This document shows, piece after piece, positions 54,192-63,449 of a stretch of DNA of 64,000 nucleotides. A model generated the notes under the pieces. It saw nothing but the letters and a program-made list of their open reading frames with translations. It searched no databases and was not told the origin of the DNA. Origin of the DNA: Clostridia bacterium (GTDB lineage: Bacteria; Bacillota; Clostridia; Christensenellales; UBA1242); contig JAZSRL010000006.1 of NCBI GenBank assembly GCA_045538455.1, forward strand, positions 48,135 through 112,134. The letters run 5' to 3'. How positions within the stretch are numbered: position 1 is the first letter of the stretch; each line of letters starts with the position of its first letter. The position numbers were made by a program, and so were the translations under genes.

Positions 54192-54869
54192 TTACTCCTT
54201 TCTAAACAACAAAATCAAGTAGTTTAGGCATTTTAAGTGCTTCCGAAGCATTTGATAATCCGGCAAAATATTCCCAACCACACTCCAAAATGCAGGCGTA
54301 TGATTAAACTCTAATAAATGACAAAGTTCATGAACGACAATGTAGTCTAACAAATTCGGTGGCAAAAAAATTGCACGCCAATTAATGGCAATATTCCCAC
54401 GGGAATCACACACACCCCAGCGCGTTTTGTTATTATTTGTTGTTATATTCGCAGGTCGTAAACGCAGCCTGTTGGCCATAAAATTTACACGCTCAATTAA
54501 AACTTCCTCTGCAACCTTGCGATACCACTTTTCAACTTTATTTAAAATCTTATCACTTGAAATTTTCGACGGAATTAATAATTTATTATCATTAATCATT
54601 ATCTCTTTAACATCGTTTGATATTAAAGGAGTCAATTCCTTACCGAGAAACAAAAAACTGGTGTAATTAGCTACATTTAAATTTATGTATGAATTACTTC
54701 GCACGGCATTTTGTTTTTTTATAATCCAATCTTCTTTCTGTTTGATAAAATCAAAAATTTTACTCTCTGGACAATTATAAGGAGCACGAACAATTAATTC
54801 GCCTTTTGCATTTATCATCAATGATAAAGTTCGTTTATCCGTGCGAATAATGTTGCGGGGGTCAAGCAT
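54192..54869 (-). CDS. M48-like/YgjP (DUF45) zinc metallohydrolase
   Basis: 225 aa. HExxH in IVVHELCHLLEFNHTPAFW, and RWGVC upstream, typical of the YgjP family. Confidence 0.78.
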   Translation of the reverse strand: MLDPRNIIRTDKRTLSLMINAKGELIVRAPYNCPESKIFDFIKQKEDWIIKKQNAVRSNSYINLNVANYTSFLFLGKELTPLISNDVKEIMINDNKLLIPSKISSDKILNKVEKWYRKVAEEVLIERVNFMANRLRLRPANITTNNNKTRWGVCDSRGNIAINWRAIFLPPNLLDYIVVHELCHLLEFNHTPAFWSVVGNILPDYQMLRKHLKCLNYLILLFRKE

Positions 54870-54898
54870 AAAAAAATAATAACTTAATCCAGTTTAAC

Positions 54899-54928
54899 TT
54901 GACAAGAAGATATTTTCGACACTAAAAT
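54899..54928 (+). promoter_or_regulatory. sigma-A promoter placing the transcription start at or next to the PadR GTG
   Basis: TTGACA (54899-54904), 18 nt spacer, TAAAAT (54923-54928). Only 6 nt lie between the -10 box and the GTG at 54935, and there is no SD. Confidence 0.5.
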
Positions 54929-54934
54929 TATACA

Positions 54935-56083
54935 GTGGCAAGCGGTAAAAACATTACAGAGATTACAATCTTAAATTTACTTAATCAACGCCCAATGTAT
55001 GGAGCCGAAATGGTTGAAGAAATCAAAAAGCTTTCGGGTAATACTATCATTATGTCTTTACCAACTCTGTATTCGTGTTTGCACCGAATGGCAACAAAAA
55101 AATTAGTTAATAGTTATCAAAAACAATCCACAATCGGTGGTCGTTGCCGTGTTTACAACATTACTAAAATTGGTCGAGAATACCTAAATAAAAACCAAAT
55201 TAAAATCGACTATTCGGCGTTAATTAATAGTGAACCAGTTAATAACATTGTTACACCAATAGCAGCACCTGCAATAGAAAACGAAAGCAGCGCGATTGCT
55301 ATGTCTGCTAATAATTTAAGCGCAACAAATGCAACAGTATCAACACCTCAATTCACAACACTTAACGACGCCTTTTCTTTACCTTTAAATAAATCAGTTA
55401 CATCGGAAGAAATTACTACCAATCAAAATAATGATAATATCACTTCGTATTCTCAACAAACTACAGTACCGGAAACTCGCTTAACTGCTAACACGACAAA
55501 TGAATCATTGTTAGTGGAAAATCCTACACCATTACCAAAGAAAAAAACAAAGCCAGATATTTTACCTTACATTTCACCCAATGAAAAAATTACCACGACA
55601 CCAGAGCCACAATATCAACAAACTTTAATCGGCTTATCTGGTACAACAGGAGGCAACGATTTGCGTCCTTTGGTTGAATTAAATGAAGTTTCGGTTGGCA
55701 ATGATTATGTAATTATTAATCGATTACGAATTGCATCAGCTTTACTTAATACGGCGATTTTTATGTTAATAAATTTTTTCTGTTCTTTGTTTCATTCTTC
55801 ACAAAATGAATATTATAAATTAATTTATATTGTTTTAATTTTATATGCTTGTATTAATTTAGCAATCTTTATTGTCTATCCGAGAATCAAATCATATTTT
55901 AACAGCAAAGCTTGCGCTAGTCACCATGCTATTATTACGATAGTTTTACTTGCACTAGTCATAACATGTTGCCTAATTACTAGTTCATGGAATTTAATGT
56001 GGCTAGCAATTTTTTCATTTGTACCACTCTGCGAGTTTATTATCATGTCCGCATTGCGTAAGAGGAGTTGTTTTCAATGTTAA
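54935..56083 (+). CDS. PadR-family winged-helix regulator fused to a low-complexity linker and a C-terminal multi-TM domain
   Basis: 382 aa with GTG start. PadR wHTH ILNLLNQRPMYGAEMVEEIKKL...LPTLYSCLHRMATKKLV...YNITKIGREYL. T/N/S/P-rich linker. About 4 hydrophobic helices in the last 130 or so aa. Confidence 0.75.
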   Translation: MASGKNITEITILNLLNQRPMYGAEMVEEIKKLSGNTIIMSLPTLYSCLHRMATKKLVNSYQKQSTIGGRCRVYNITKIGREYLNKNQIKIDYSALINSEPVNNIVTPIAAPAIENESSAIAMSANNLSATNATVSTPQFTTLNDAFSLPLNKSVTSEEITTNQNNDNITSYSQQTTVPETRLTANTTNESLLVENPTPLPKKKTKPDILPYISPNEKITTTPEPQYQQTLIGLSGTTGGNDLRPLVELNEVSVGNDYVIINRLRIASALLNTAIFMLINFFCSLFHSSQNEYYKLIYIVLILYACINLAIFIVYPRIKSYFNSKACASHHAIITIVLLALVITCCLITSSWNLMWLAIFSFVPLCEFIIMSALRKRSCFQC

Positions 56084-56964
56084 AGATAACCGACCTAGAA
56101 AAAACAACGCCAAATAAGTTGCTAATGGCGAGTGTTAATTTAACCTTACATGAAGGTGAAATTTTTGCCTTAGTTGGAGAAAGCCAAAGTGGTAAAAGTT
56201 TATTAACTAAACTAATTTTAACGCTTACGCATAAAACAAAAGGTAAAATTAAAATTCCAGCCAATCAATATGTTGGGGCTTTTATTTCTACAGAACAATT
56301 AATGCCAAGTATTACGGTTAATATGGCTATTAAAGATTATTACAAGCTAAATGACCGTGTCTACAATAGCAAAAATGTAAAAAACATTTTAAGTTTATTT
56401 AATTTACGCAAAAAACTACATTGTAAAATTTCGCGTCTAACCCCAGAAGAATGTGATTTAATCAAGATTGCCCTACCATTAATTTTACGCACAGATATTT
56501 TAATCCTAGATGCTCCATTTGTGAATTTATCAAACACTAATGCAAAAGATTTACGAGTACTACTAAAAAAAATCAGCAACGAACTAAAAACATCAATTTT
56601 AATTACAGCATCGAAAATTTCACAGGTTGAAGAATTTTGTGATACGATTGGCGTAATTGATGATGGTATGATTATTAGTATTCAATCTTACAACGCGATG
56701 ATTTCTCGAGAACTTGATTCTGCCAAGTTGGGTATTACGGTTGCAGAACCTAATTACGCTGCTAAAGTAATTGAAGATAATTTTAAAACCCCTGCTCGAT
56801 TATGCGGTGACCAAGTCATTGTGAACCTAAAACCAGAACATGCACAAGATGTAATTGATGTTTTAAGAAAATCAAACATCACAGTTATTAGCGCTCAACG
56901 CGTACTACGCTCATTAGAACACCAATATTTAGAATTAATTAATAAACATAAAAAATACTATTAA
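56077..56964 (+). CDS. ABC ATPase-like protein with degenerate catalytic motifs
   Basis: Start at the ATG at 56077 (SD AGGAG 9 nt upstream), overlapping the PadR stop. Walker A GESQSGKS is intact. The signature reads ISRLTPEE instead of LSGGQ. Walker B is ILILDAPF (Ala instead of Glu). The H-loop His is absent (ITASKIS). No permease gene is adjacent. Confidence 0.7.
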   Translation: MLKITDLEKTTPNKLLMASVNLTLHEGEIFALVGESQSGKSLLTKLILTLTHKTKGKIKIPANQYVGAFISTEQLMPSITVNMAIKDYYKLNDRVYNSKNVKNILSLFNLRKKLHCKISRLTPEECDLIKIALPLILRTDILILDAPFVNLSNTNAKDLRVLLKKISNELKTSILITASKISQVEEFCDTIGVIDDGMIISIQSYNAMISRELDSAKLGITVAEPNYAAKVIEDNFKTPARLCGDQVIVNLKPEHAQDVIDVLRKSNITVISAQRVLRSLEHQYLELINKHKKYY

Positions 56965-57851
56965 TTTTGAAGCCATTCAGATTGATTGCGCCAACCTTCT
57001 CTGACAACAACATAAGTATGAAGTACAACATGTTGTCCGAGTAATTTTTCTAGGTTTTTGCGCGCTTTCATTCCAATGAGACGGATTAAATTTCCACGGT
57101 TCCCAATAATAATTTTTTTGTGATTTGGTTTGTCACAAATAATATCGGCATCAATATTGACAGTGCGTTGCTCGTTTTCATATTTTGTAATAACTACTTT
57201 AACACCTGTTGGCACTTCATCATGCAATTGATTAATAATTGCTTCGCGTATCGTTTCGGCCGCCATTGTTCGTGTACTAATATCTGTATATAAGTCGTCT
57301 TCATAGATTGATTCACCCTCAGGTAAATACTTTTCTAAACATTCGATTAATGTATTAGTGCCAATTTTTTTATAAGCTGAAACAGGAACAAATTCTTTAA
57401 CAAAACTATACTTTTTTAATTGATCAAGAACTTGAAAAAGTTTTGCTTGCGTCGTATTATCTATTTTTGTTACAACAACAATTACTGGCACACCAAAGTC
57501 TTCATAATTAGCTAACTTATTTAAAGTTTTTTGTGTTATATGATTTACATCAAGGACAAAGCAAATTACATCAGCTGTCTTTACAGCCCCAGAAATCATG
57601 CGATTCATTTTCTGCTCTAATAAGTTTGTTGCGCGTTGCATCCCCGGTGTATCGACAAAAATTATTTGTGACTGCTTGGTATTTAATATACCACGAATTG
57701 CATCGCGAGTTGTTCCTGCTACAGGGGCTGTAATAGCAACTTGACAACCAACTAGAGCGTTAATCAAAGAACTTTTACCAGCATTTGGTTCACCCAGCAA
57801 AGCCACTGTTCCACACTTGTGAATTGAATTCATATTATCTTTGGTCTCCAT
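56961..57851 (-). CDS. era: GTPase Era
   Basis: 296 aa. G1 GEPNAGKSSL, G3 VDTPGM, G4 TKID, C-terminal KH domain (IIGNRGNLIRLIG). Alternative ATG at 57833. Confidence 0.92.
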   Translation of the reverse strand: METKDNMNSIHKCGTVALLGEPNAGKSSLINALVGCQVAITAPVAGTTRDAIRGILNTKQSQIIFVDTPGMQRATNLLEQKMNRMISGAVKTADVICFVLDVNHITQKTLNKLANYEDFGVPVIVVVTKIDNTTQAKLFQVLDQLKKYSFVKEFVPVSAYKKIGTNTLIECLEKYLPEGESIYEDDLYTDISTRTMAAETIREAIINQLHDEVPTGVKVVITKYENEQRTVNIDADIICDKPNHKKIIIGNRGNLIRLIGMKARKNLEKLLGQHVVLHTYVVVREGWRNQSEWLQN

Positions 57852-58254
57852 CGTTTACGACAGGTGGAAATAAATAAATAGCACCTAAGCTATCAATAAC
57901 TTCATAAGTTTGATCATTGGCAACAATAATTTTAATATCACCGTTAAATTCACATAAATATTGTCTCGTGGTTGCATTCGGATAAATCAAATGATCTTTT
58001 GAATATAAACACATCGCCATCATTTGGTTGCGTCCTTCACTAATTGCTTTTGCAATAGCAGTATCACCAGCACCAAACGATGGAGCCGAGTAATCACCTG
58101 TTTCAATATTACAACCACCAAAAATTGAATTATCACTGCACAACAAAGCTGCACCAACTGCTACTCCAGAATAAGGACAATAGGCATTATCCGCGAACGA
58201 TTTTGCGGTATTAATTAAACTAGCAATGATTTCTTTACTTAAAATAAAATCCAT
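57835..58254 (-). CDS. cytidine deaminase homolog lacking zinc ligands and the catalytic Glu
   Basis: 139 aa in the conserved ybeY-cdd-era position. AYCPYSGVAVGAALL and GCNIE are conserved, but CAE becomes GAG and PCGxCRQ becomes PNATTRQ. Confidence 0.75.
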   Translation of the reverse strand: MDFILSKEIIASLINTAKSFADNAYCPYSGVAVGAALLCSDNSIFGGCNIETGDYSAPSFGAGDTAIAKAISEGRNQMMAMCLYSKDHLIYPNATTRQYLCEFNGDIKIIVANDQTYEVIDSLGAIYLFPPVVNDGDQR

Positions 58255-58631
58255 TAAGATAATAATGCCATAATTTTGCGTTGTAGTCCAAGCATTTTTA
58301 TTTCATCATTGGGGTCAATATGATCATAGCCAAACAAATGCAATGTTCCATGAACTTGCAAGAAAGTAATTTCTTTGGCTAAACTGTGTCCGATTTCTTT
58401 GGCTTGACGGCGCGCAACCTTGCGACAAATCAAAACATCTCCCATAAATTGTTTCTTGGTTTCCGGATTTATATCACCGTCCGGGAAAGATAAAACATCG
58501 GTTTCTCGGTCAACACCGCGAAACTTTTGATTAAGTGCATGAATTTCACGCGGAGAAACAAACGCATAATTGACTTCTATCGTAAAAGGATCAACCTCTA
58601 AAACTTGACAAACCGCCTCTAAAACTTTCAT
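58254..58631 (-). CDS. ybeY: rRNA maturation endoribonuclease YbeY
   Basis: 125 aa. Zinc motif HGTLHLFGYDH and TDVLSFP upstream. Confidence 0.9.
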   Translation of the reverse strand: MKVLEAVCQVLEVDPFTIEVNYAFVSPREIHALNQKFRGVDRETDVLSFPDGDINPETKKQFMGDVLICRKVARRQAKEIGHSLAKEITFLQVHGTLHLFGYDHIDPNDEIKMLGLQRKIMALLS

Positions 58632-58650
58632 AAGTTACTATCAGTATAAA

Positions 58651-59385
58651 CTATATAATCCAAATTTCCAACCGACTAATTTTATCATCATTTACAAAGG
58701 CGACTTCGCCCGTTATAACCGCACTGTCGGGATAAGCATCAGCAACCAACAAATCCCCCTTCTTGACGACATCGCCCACTGTAACCAAAGCTGTGCCGCT
58801 ATAAGTTATAATATTTTTAATTACTGCATCATACTTTGCATAAAAATTAGTTTTTATCTTAGAATTTTCATTGGCTGCTGTAACCACATTTATAACTAAT
58901 GTATTCCCTGAAATCTTCACATTCGCATGTGCAATTTGATCAAAGTTCTCAACTAGGTCACTAGCTAAGTTGTTTTTAATTTTACTCTTCCATATAAATT
59001 TTTTTATTCCTATTTTGTCTAAATATTGAGTAATATTTGAAGTAACTTGCGCATTATTACTCTGCACTTTTATATCATATATGGCCATATCAGCAAGGCA
59101 AAAAGCAATTAGTCCCGCTATAACAGCAACGACCAAAACTAAATGATTTAACAAATAATTTAAACCACGAAATAAATTATAGTTTTCTTTTACTTCATAA
59201 TCAAAATTATTAATCATTTTTTTTATTGTAGACACATGAGCCAAGGGAGCATTAAAAATGATCATATCTTGGTCATAATAAATGTTTGATATATTAAAAC
59301 TGCGTAGCTTGTTTAAACAACCTTGCGGTAAACCTTGAACTCGAAATTCCACTTGACCTAATAAAAATTTTTTAACGGTTGACAT
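58651..59385 (-). CDS. yqfD: sporulation protein YqfD (short form)
   Basis: 244 aa. Immediately downstream of and overlapping yqfC. N-terminus LLGQVEFRVQGLPQGCLNKL, central TM, C-terminal beta-rich part. Synteny yqfC-yqfD-ybeY. Confidence 0.7.
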   Translation of the reverse strand: MSTVKKFLLGQVEFRVQGLPQGCLNKLRSFNISNIYYDQDMIIFNAPLAHVSTIKKMINNFDYEVKENYNLFRGLNYLLNHLVLVVAVIAGLIAFCLADMAIYDIKVQSNNAQVTSNITQYLDKIGIKKFIWKSKIKNNLASDLVENFDQIAHANVKISGNTLVINVVTAANENSKIKTNFYAKYDAVIKNIITYSGTALVTVGDVVKKGDLLVADAYPDSAVITGEVAFVNDDKISRLEIWII

Positions 59386-59587
59386 TAGTTAGTACTCCAA
59401 CTATTTTTCCAACAATTATCATTTCATTTTCATCAAAGCGTTTAATAACTAAATTTTGGCCATTAACTTCGACTAAACCGCCTTTAACACGCACTACAAT
59501 ATTATCAACAGCAAAATTCATCAAAGAAACGACACCGCCAACCATAACAGAATTATTTTGGTCTTGATGGATAAAAAAATCTTTCAC
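59372..59587 (-). CDS. yqfC: sporulation protein YqfC (YabP/YqfC family)
   Basis: 71 aa. VVRVKGGLVEVNGQNLVIKRFDENEMIIVGKI matches the YabP/YqfC repeat pattern. Synteny with yqfD. Confidence 0.75.
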   Translation of the reverse strand: MKDFFIHQDQNNSVMVGGVVSLMNFAVDNIVVRVKGGLVEVNGQNLVIKRFDENEMIIVGKIVGVLTNVNR

Positions 59588-59599
59588 AACTATTTATAA

Positions 59600-60046
59600 T
59601 TATTTTTTATCGTCAATATTACTCAAAGCCATAATTCGTTTATAATCATCCATTGTAAAAGACATAGAGCCTTCTTCTTCGACAGATATATCGTCCAATT
59701 CATTATTTCCAAAATCAAATTCTTGGTAGTTTTTACGCTTAATATATTTAGAAATATTGCCTTCTTTATTGGTATGTTTATCAACCTTCAAACGAGACGA
59801 ATGTTCTTGTTCTGTTTGTTGAATAATCTTGTTCAAATCATCGGCAAGTTCGTTATTATAAATTTTCATTGTTGGAACTGCTTCCTCTTTGTTTTCTACC
59901 TCAGGTGCTTTTGGTTCTGCTTGTTGTTCTACCTTAGTTTCTTTCTTTTTTGAGTCTTTTTTCATCAACCAATCTACAAGTGCAAATAAAACAATAATAC
60001 CGACAAGTATTAACAACATTACAATCAAGAAACTTGCTGCATTCAT
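59600..60046 (-). CDS. hypothetical single-pass membrane protein (YqfB position)
   Basis: Start taken at the ATG at 60046 (SD AAAGGA). TM FLIVMLLILVGIIVLFALV, then a K/E-rich region. Sits between floA and yqfC, as yqfB does in B. subtilis. Confidence 0.55.
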   Translation of the reverse strand: MNAASFLIVMLLILVGIIVLFALVDWLMKKDSKKKETKVEQQAEPKAPEVENKEEAVPTMKIYNNELADDLNKIIQQTEQEHSSRLKVDKHTNKEGNISKYIKRKNYQEFDFGNNELDDISVEEEGSMSFTMDDYKRIMALSNIDDKK

Positions 60047-60059
60047 CTTTCTTATCCTT

Positions 60060-61088
60060 TTATTGTAATTTCGTTTTCTTTTTCTTGGGAGCATTTAAAG
60101 ATGGTGTCAACATATCTGAACTGGCACTACCACTCAATGCTTTTCGCATTAATGTGTCGCTTTTTAAATTTTCCATTTGCATGTAATCTTTTACATTCAT
60201 GTTACCATACTTTAATGCACCAGCCAAGGCTCTCGGGACTTCGGATTCGGCAGCAACAACTCGTGCGCGCATTTCTTGGGTTAAAGCACGCATTTCTTGT
60301 TCCGCCGCAACAGCTTCAGCACGGCGCTTTTCTGCATCGGCTTGACTAATGTATTTAACCGCTTCGGCCTTATCAATTTCCAATTCTGCACCAATATTGC
60401 GACCCACTTTAATATCCACGATATCAACAGATAAGATATCAAACGCAGTATCTTGCGACAAAGTTTTATTTTCCATAATTTTTTGCGTTATTAAATTGGG
60501 TCGTTCTAAAATTTCGTTATGAGTTGCAGCATTACCAATAATTGTCATGATACCTTCACTAATACGCGCAATAATAGTTTCTTCCAATGCACCACCAATA
60601 ATGCGTTTTAAATTTACACGCAAAGTAATTTTAACACTGGTAGTAACTTCAATCCCATTTTTAGCAATTGCAGTTATGTCGTTGATTTGAATTATTTGCG
60701 GCATAATACAGTGCTTAACAGCTTCATTAATATCTCGACCAGACAAGTCGACAGCAATAGCAGTTTTTAAATCTAAATCTTTTAAATTAGCACTAGATGC
60801 TGCAATTAAAGCATTAATAACTAATTCAATATTACCATGTGCTTGTAAATGATTTTCGATTTGAGCAATTGTAATATTAACACCGGCTTTTTTGGCTTTG
60901 ATATAATTATTAACAATACTACGCGCGTCTAATTTTTTAACTGTAATTGAAAACAATTCCGAAAGTTTAACATGGGCGCCAGACATCATCGCGCGGAACC
61001 ATAGCGAGATATTAAAAACCGAATAAAAAGTAATCGCAGCAATCACAATTACGAGAATAATGATCCAATGTACGAAAGTCATCAGCAT
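60060..61088 (-). CDS. floA: flotillin-like protein FloA (YqfA/UPF0365)
   Basis: 342 aa. Collinear with B. subtilis FloA: N-terminal TM, KAKKAGVNITIAQIENHLQAHGNIELVINALIAA, AIDLSGRDI, GGALEETIIARISEGI, AFDILSVDIVDIKVG, EQEMRA. Confidence 0.9.
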   Translation of the reverse strand: MLMTFVHWIIILVIVIAAITFYSVFNISLWFRAMMSGAHVKLSELFSITVKKLDARSIVNNYIKAKKAGVNITIAQIENHLQAHGNIELVINALIAASSANLKDLDLKTAIAVDLSGRDINEAVKHCIMPQIIQINDITAIAKNGIEVTTSVKITLRVNLKRIIGGALEETIIARISEGIMTIIGNAATHNEILERPNLITQKIMENKTLSQDTAFDILSVDIVDIKVGRNIGAELEIDKAEAVKYISQADAEKRRAEAVAAEQEMRALTQEMRARVVAAESEVPRALAGALKYGNMNVKDYMQMENLKSDTLMRKALSGSASSDMLTPSLNAPKKKKTKLQ

Positions 61089-61130
61089 ATTTTAACATAT
61101 ATAGACATAGTTGTCTAGATTTAGATTTTT

Positions 61131-61853
61131 TTAATTATCAATTTTTGTAAATTCTTTTTTTAAACGCGAAAGAATTTTTTTCTCTAAACGCGAAATATAT
61201 GACTGAGAAATTTCCAACATATTCGCAACTTCTTTTTGAGTACGCTCCTTACCGCCACCCAAACCAAAACGCAACTGCATAATTTCTTGCTCGCGAATTG
61301 AAAGTTTATCTACCGCTAACCAAAGCAAATTTTTTTCAACTTTCATATCCAGTTCTTCATCAACATTGGTTTCTGTGGTACAAATTACATCACCCAGACG
61401 AATTTCACTACCTTCACTATCTGAATTAATAGCTTCATCCATAGAAACATCATTCCGTGTTTTTTGAACCTTGCGTAAATACATTAAAATTTCATTTTCT
61501 ATGCAACGGCTGCTATAAGTTGCTAATTTAATATTTTTATCATATTTAAAACTGTTTACTGCTTTAATTAAACCAATAGAACCAATGCTAATTAAATCTT
61601 CAATATCGATACCAGTATTTTCGAATTTTTTGGCAATGTAAATTACTAAACGAAGATTGTGCGAAATTAATTTTTGTCGTGTTTCCTGTTTTCCTAGCGA
61701 TAATTCTTGTAACAACAATTCCTCTTCTTCTTTAGGTAATGGCCGTTCTAATGCTTCTGTGCCATTAATAAAGAAGACCCCTGAATTTTCGCATTCCATT
61801 TCATTTTGATTGATTTTTTTAAAGAGACTTAATGCTTTAGCAATTATATTCAT
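61131..61853 (-). CDS. sigE: sporulation sigma factor SigE (pro-sigma-E)
   Basis: 240 aa. [20 protein letters not shown] pro-region junction, [68 protein letters not shown]. Directly downstream of spoIIGA (4-nt overlap). Confidence 0.9.
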   Translation of the reverse strand: MNIIAKALSLFKKINQNEMECENSGVFFINGTEALERPLPKEEEELLLQELSLGKQETRQKLISHNLRLVIYIAKKFENTGIDIEDLISIGSIGLIKAVNSFKYDKNIKLATYSSRCIENEILMYLRKVQKTRNDVSMDEAINSDSEGSEIRLGDVICTTETNVDEELDMKVEKNLLWLAVDKLSIREQEIMQLRFGLGGGKERTQKEVANMLEISQSYISRLEKKILSRLKKEFTKIDN

Positions 61854-62362
61854 AATATACCCCCTAAATTTATGTTTAAGATTGCATCATATTTTTGATT
61901 ACAGAAATTTTGTGTACTAACTCCAAGTAAGCTTTGAACTGTGGTTCCATTAATCTGAAATTTGTCTGGCGAGAATACAAACATCTGTCCTTTCCCATTT
62001 ACCGTTTGACAATTTATGTAATGCCCGCCTAACACACAATCATCCAATTCGTGAAGTAAAATTTTATCTGCAGAAATATCTGGAAACATTTCTAAAAAAA
62101 GTGGTAAAGAAATAATTGAAACTGGAATTTTTGATATTGGATCAACCAAAGAATTTCCCGAATCCAATAAAGCTTTGACGCGAATTTTTTTGCCATGATG
62201 TTGAATTATTGTTTGATGCAAAAATTTATGTTTACGATGCAAGTATATAAGCTTTTGAATGAAAAAATAAAATAAAAATATAACAGCAATTAACAGATAC
62301 TTATTATCAAATGCATACATTGCCGACCCAAATGCAAATGCAAAAGTTAAAATAATTGCCAT
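61850..62362 (-). CDS. spoIIGA: sigma-E processing aspartic peptidase SpoIIGA (short form)
   Basis: 170 aa. Two N-terminal TM helices, then the protease domain with [18 protein letters not shown] (DSGN catalytic motif). Operon with sigE. Confidence 0.78.
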   Translation of the reverse strand: MAIILTFAFAFGSAMYAFDNKYLLIAVIFLFYFFIQKLIYLHRKHKFLHQTIIQHHGKKIRVKALLDSGNSLVDPISKIPVSIISLPLFLEMFPDISADKILLHELDDCVLGGHYINCQTVNGKGQMFVFSPDKFQINGTTVQSLLGVSTQNFCNQKYDAILNINLGGIL

Positions 62363-62427
62363 GACAATATGATAAATATGATTTCGGTGGCGGATTTATG
62401 CTAATTGAATCAAAATATGTAAGATGA

Positions 62428-62434
62428 TGACGAA
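62428..62434 (+). promoter_or_regulatory. Spo0A-box-like heptamer upstream of spoIIGA
   Basis: TGACGAA matches the 0A-box consensus TGNCGAA. It lies 66-72 nt upstream of the spoIIGA ATG in the 118-bp spoIIGA/xer intergenic region. A single heptamer could be chance. Confidence 0.2.
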
Positions 62435-62480
62435 GTAAAAAAAGATAGAAAATTTTCTAATTTTGTGGTAAAAATAAATA

Positions 62481-63449
62481 ATGAAATATGTTGTTGAGCG
62501 TGATATCCAAACAATGAACCAGATTAATCATGTTTTGGAAAATCTACCAACATTTTGCCATGCTTTCTTTTTGGGAATTGAACAAACAACTTCCCCATTA
62601 ACCCGTTTGGGCTATGCTCGTGACCTAGAAATTTTTTTTAATTACTTAATTCATGAAACCGAAACTTTTCACAACTATGGAATTTTTGATTTTGAAAAAT
62701 CCGACCTAAATAAAATTACGATTGACGATATAGAATTATATGTTTCTTTTCTAACTCATTATCGAAAAGATGACACAGAACATTTTAATAGCGAACGCGG
62801 TAAAATGCGAAAAATGGCAACACTGCGATCGTTTTTTAAATATTTCTATCGCCGTGGCGACTTAAAAGAAAACATCATGACAAAGATTGATTTACCTAAA
62901 TTACACGAAAAAAGTATTTTAAGATTATCCGATGATGAAGTTTCAAAAATGATTGCAGCTGCATCTAAAAACCCTCGTGATGAAATGATAATAACTTTAT
63001 TTTTATTATCCGGTATACGCGTAAGTGAACTAGTTGGTTTAGATTACCAAGATATCGATCTAAAAAACAAAACCTTTTTAGTGACCCGCAAAGGCGGAAA
63101 ACAATCTATTTTACATATGGGACAGCAGTTACATGATAAGTTTGAAAGTTTTTTTGCATTATCCAATTGGACACCAACAACCCCACTATTTACAAAATGT
63201 GGACATCGCTTAACTGTTCGAGCAATTGAAAACATCGTAAAAAAATATGCCGCTATTGCCGCCCCATTAAAAAAAATTAGCCCACATAAATTGAGATCAA
63301 CTTATGGGACTAATCTTTATAAAGCGACAAATGATATTTATATTGTTGCAGATATTCTTGGACACAAAGATATTAACACAACTAAGAAACACTACGCGGC
63401 AATTAGCGAAGATATCCGCATTAAAGCAGCTGACATGGTTAAATTGTAA
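62481..63449 (+). CDS. tyrosine recombinase, XerC/XerD family
   Basis: 322 aa. N-terminal SAM-like domain (ATLRSFFKYFYRRG). Catalytic residues GIRVSELVGL (Arg), HKLRSTYGT (HxxR), LGHKDINTTKKHY (His, Tyr). Confidence 0.85.
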   Translation: MKYVVERDIQTMNQINHVLENLPTFCHAFFLGIEQTTSPLTRLGYARDLEIFFNYLIHETETFHNYGIFDFEKSDLNKITIDDIELYVSFLTHYRKDDTEHFNSERGKMRKMATLRSFFKYFYRRGDLKENIMTKIDLPKLHEKSILRLSDDEVSKMIAAASKNPRDEMIITLFLLSGIRVSELVGLDYQDIDLKNKTFLVTRKGGKQSILHMGQQLHDKFESFFALSNWTPTTPLFTKCGHRLTVRAIENIVKKYAAIAAPLKKISPHKLRSTYGTNLYKATNDIYIVADILGHKDINTTKKHYAAISEDIRIKAADMVKL

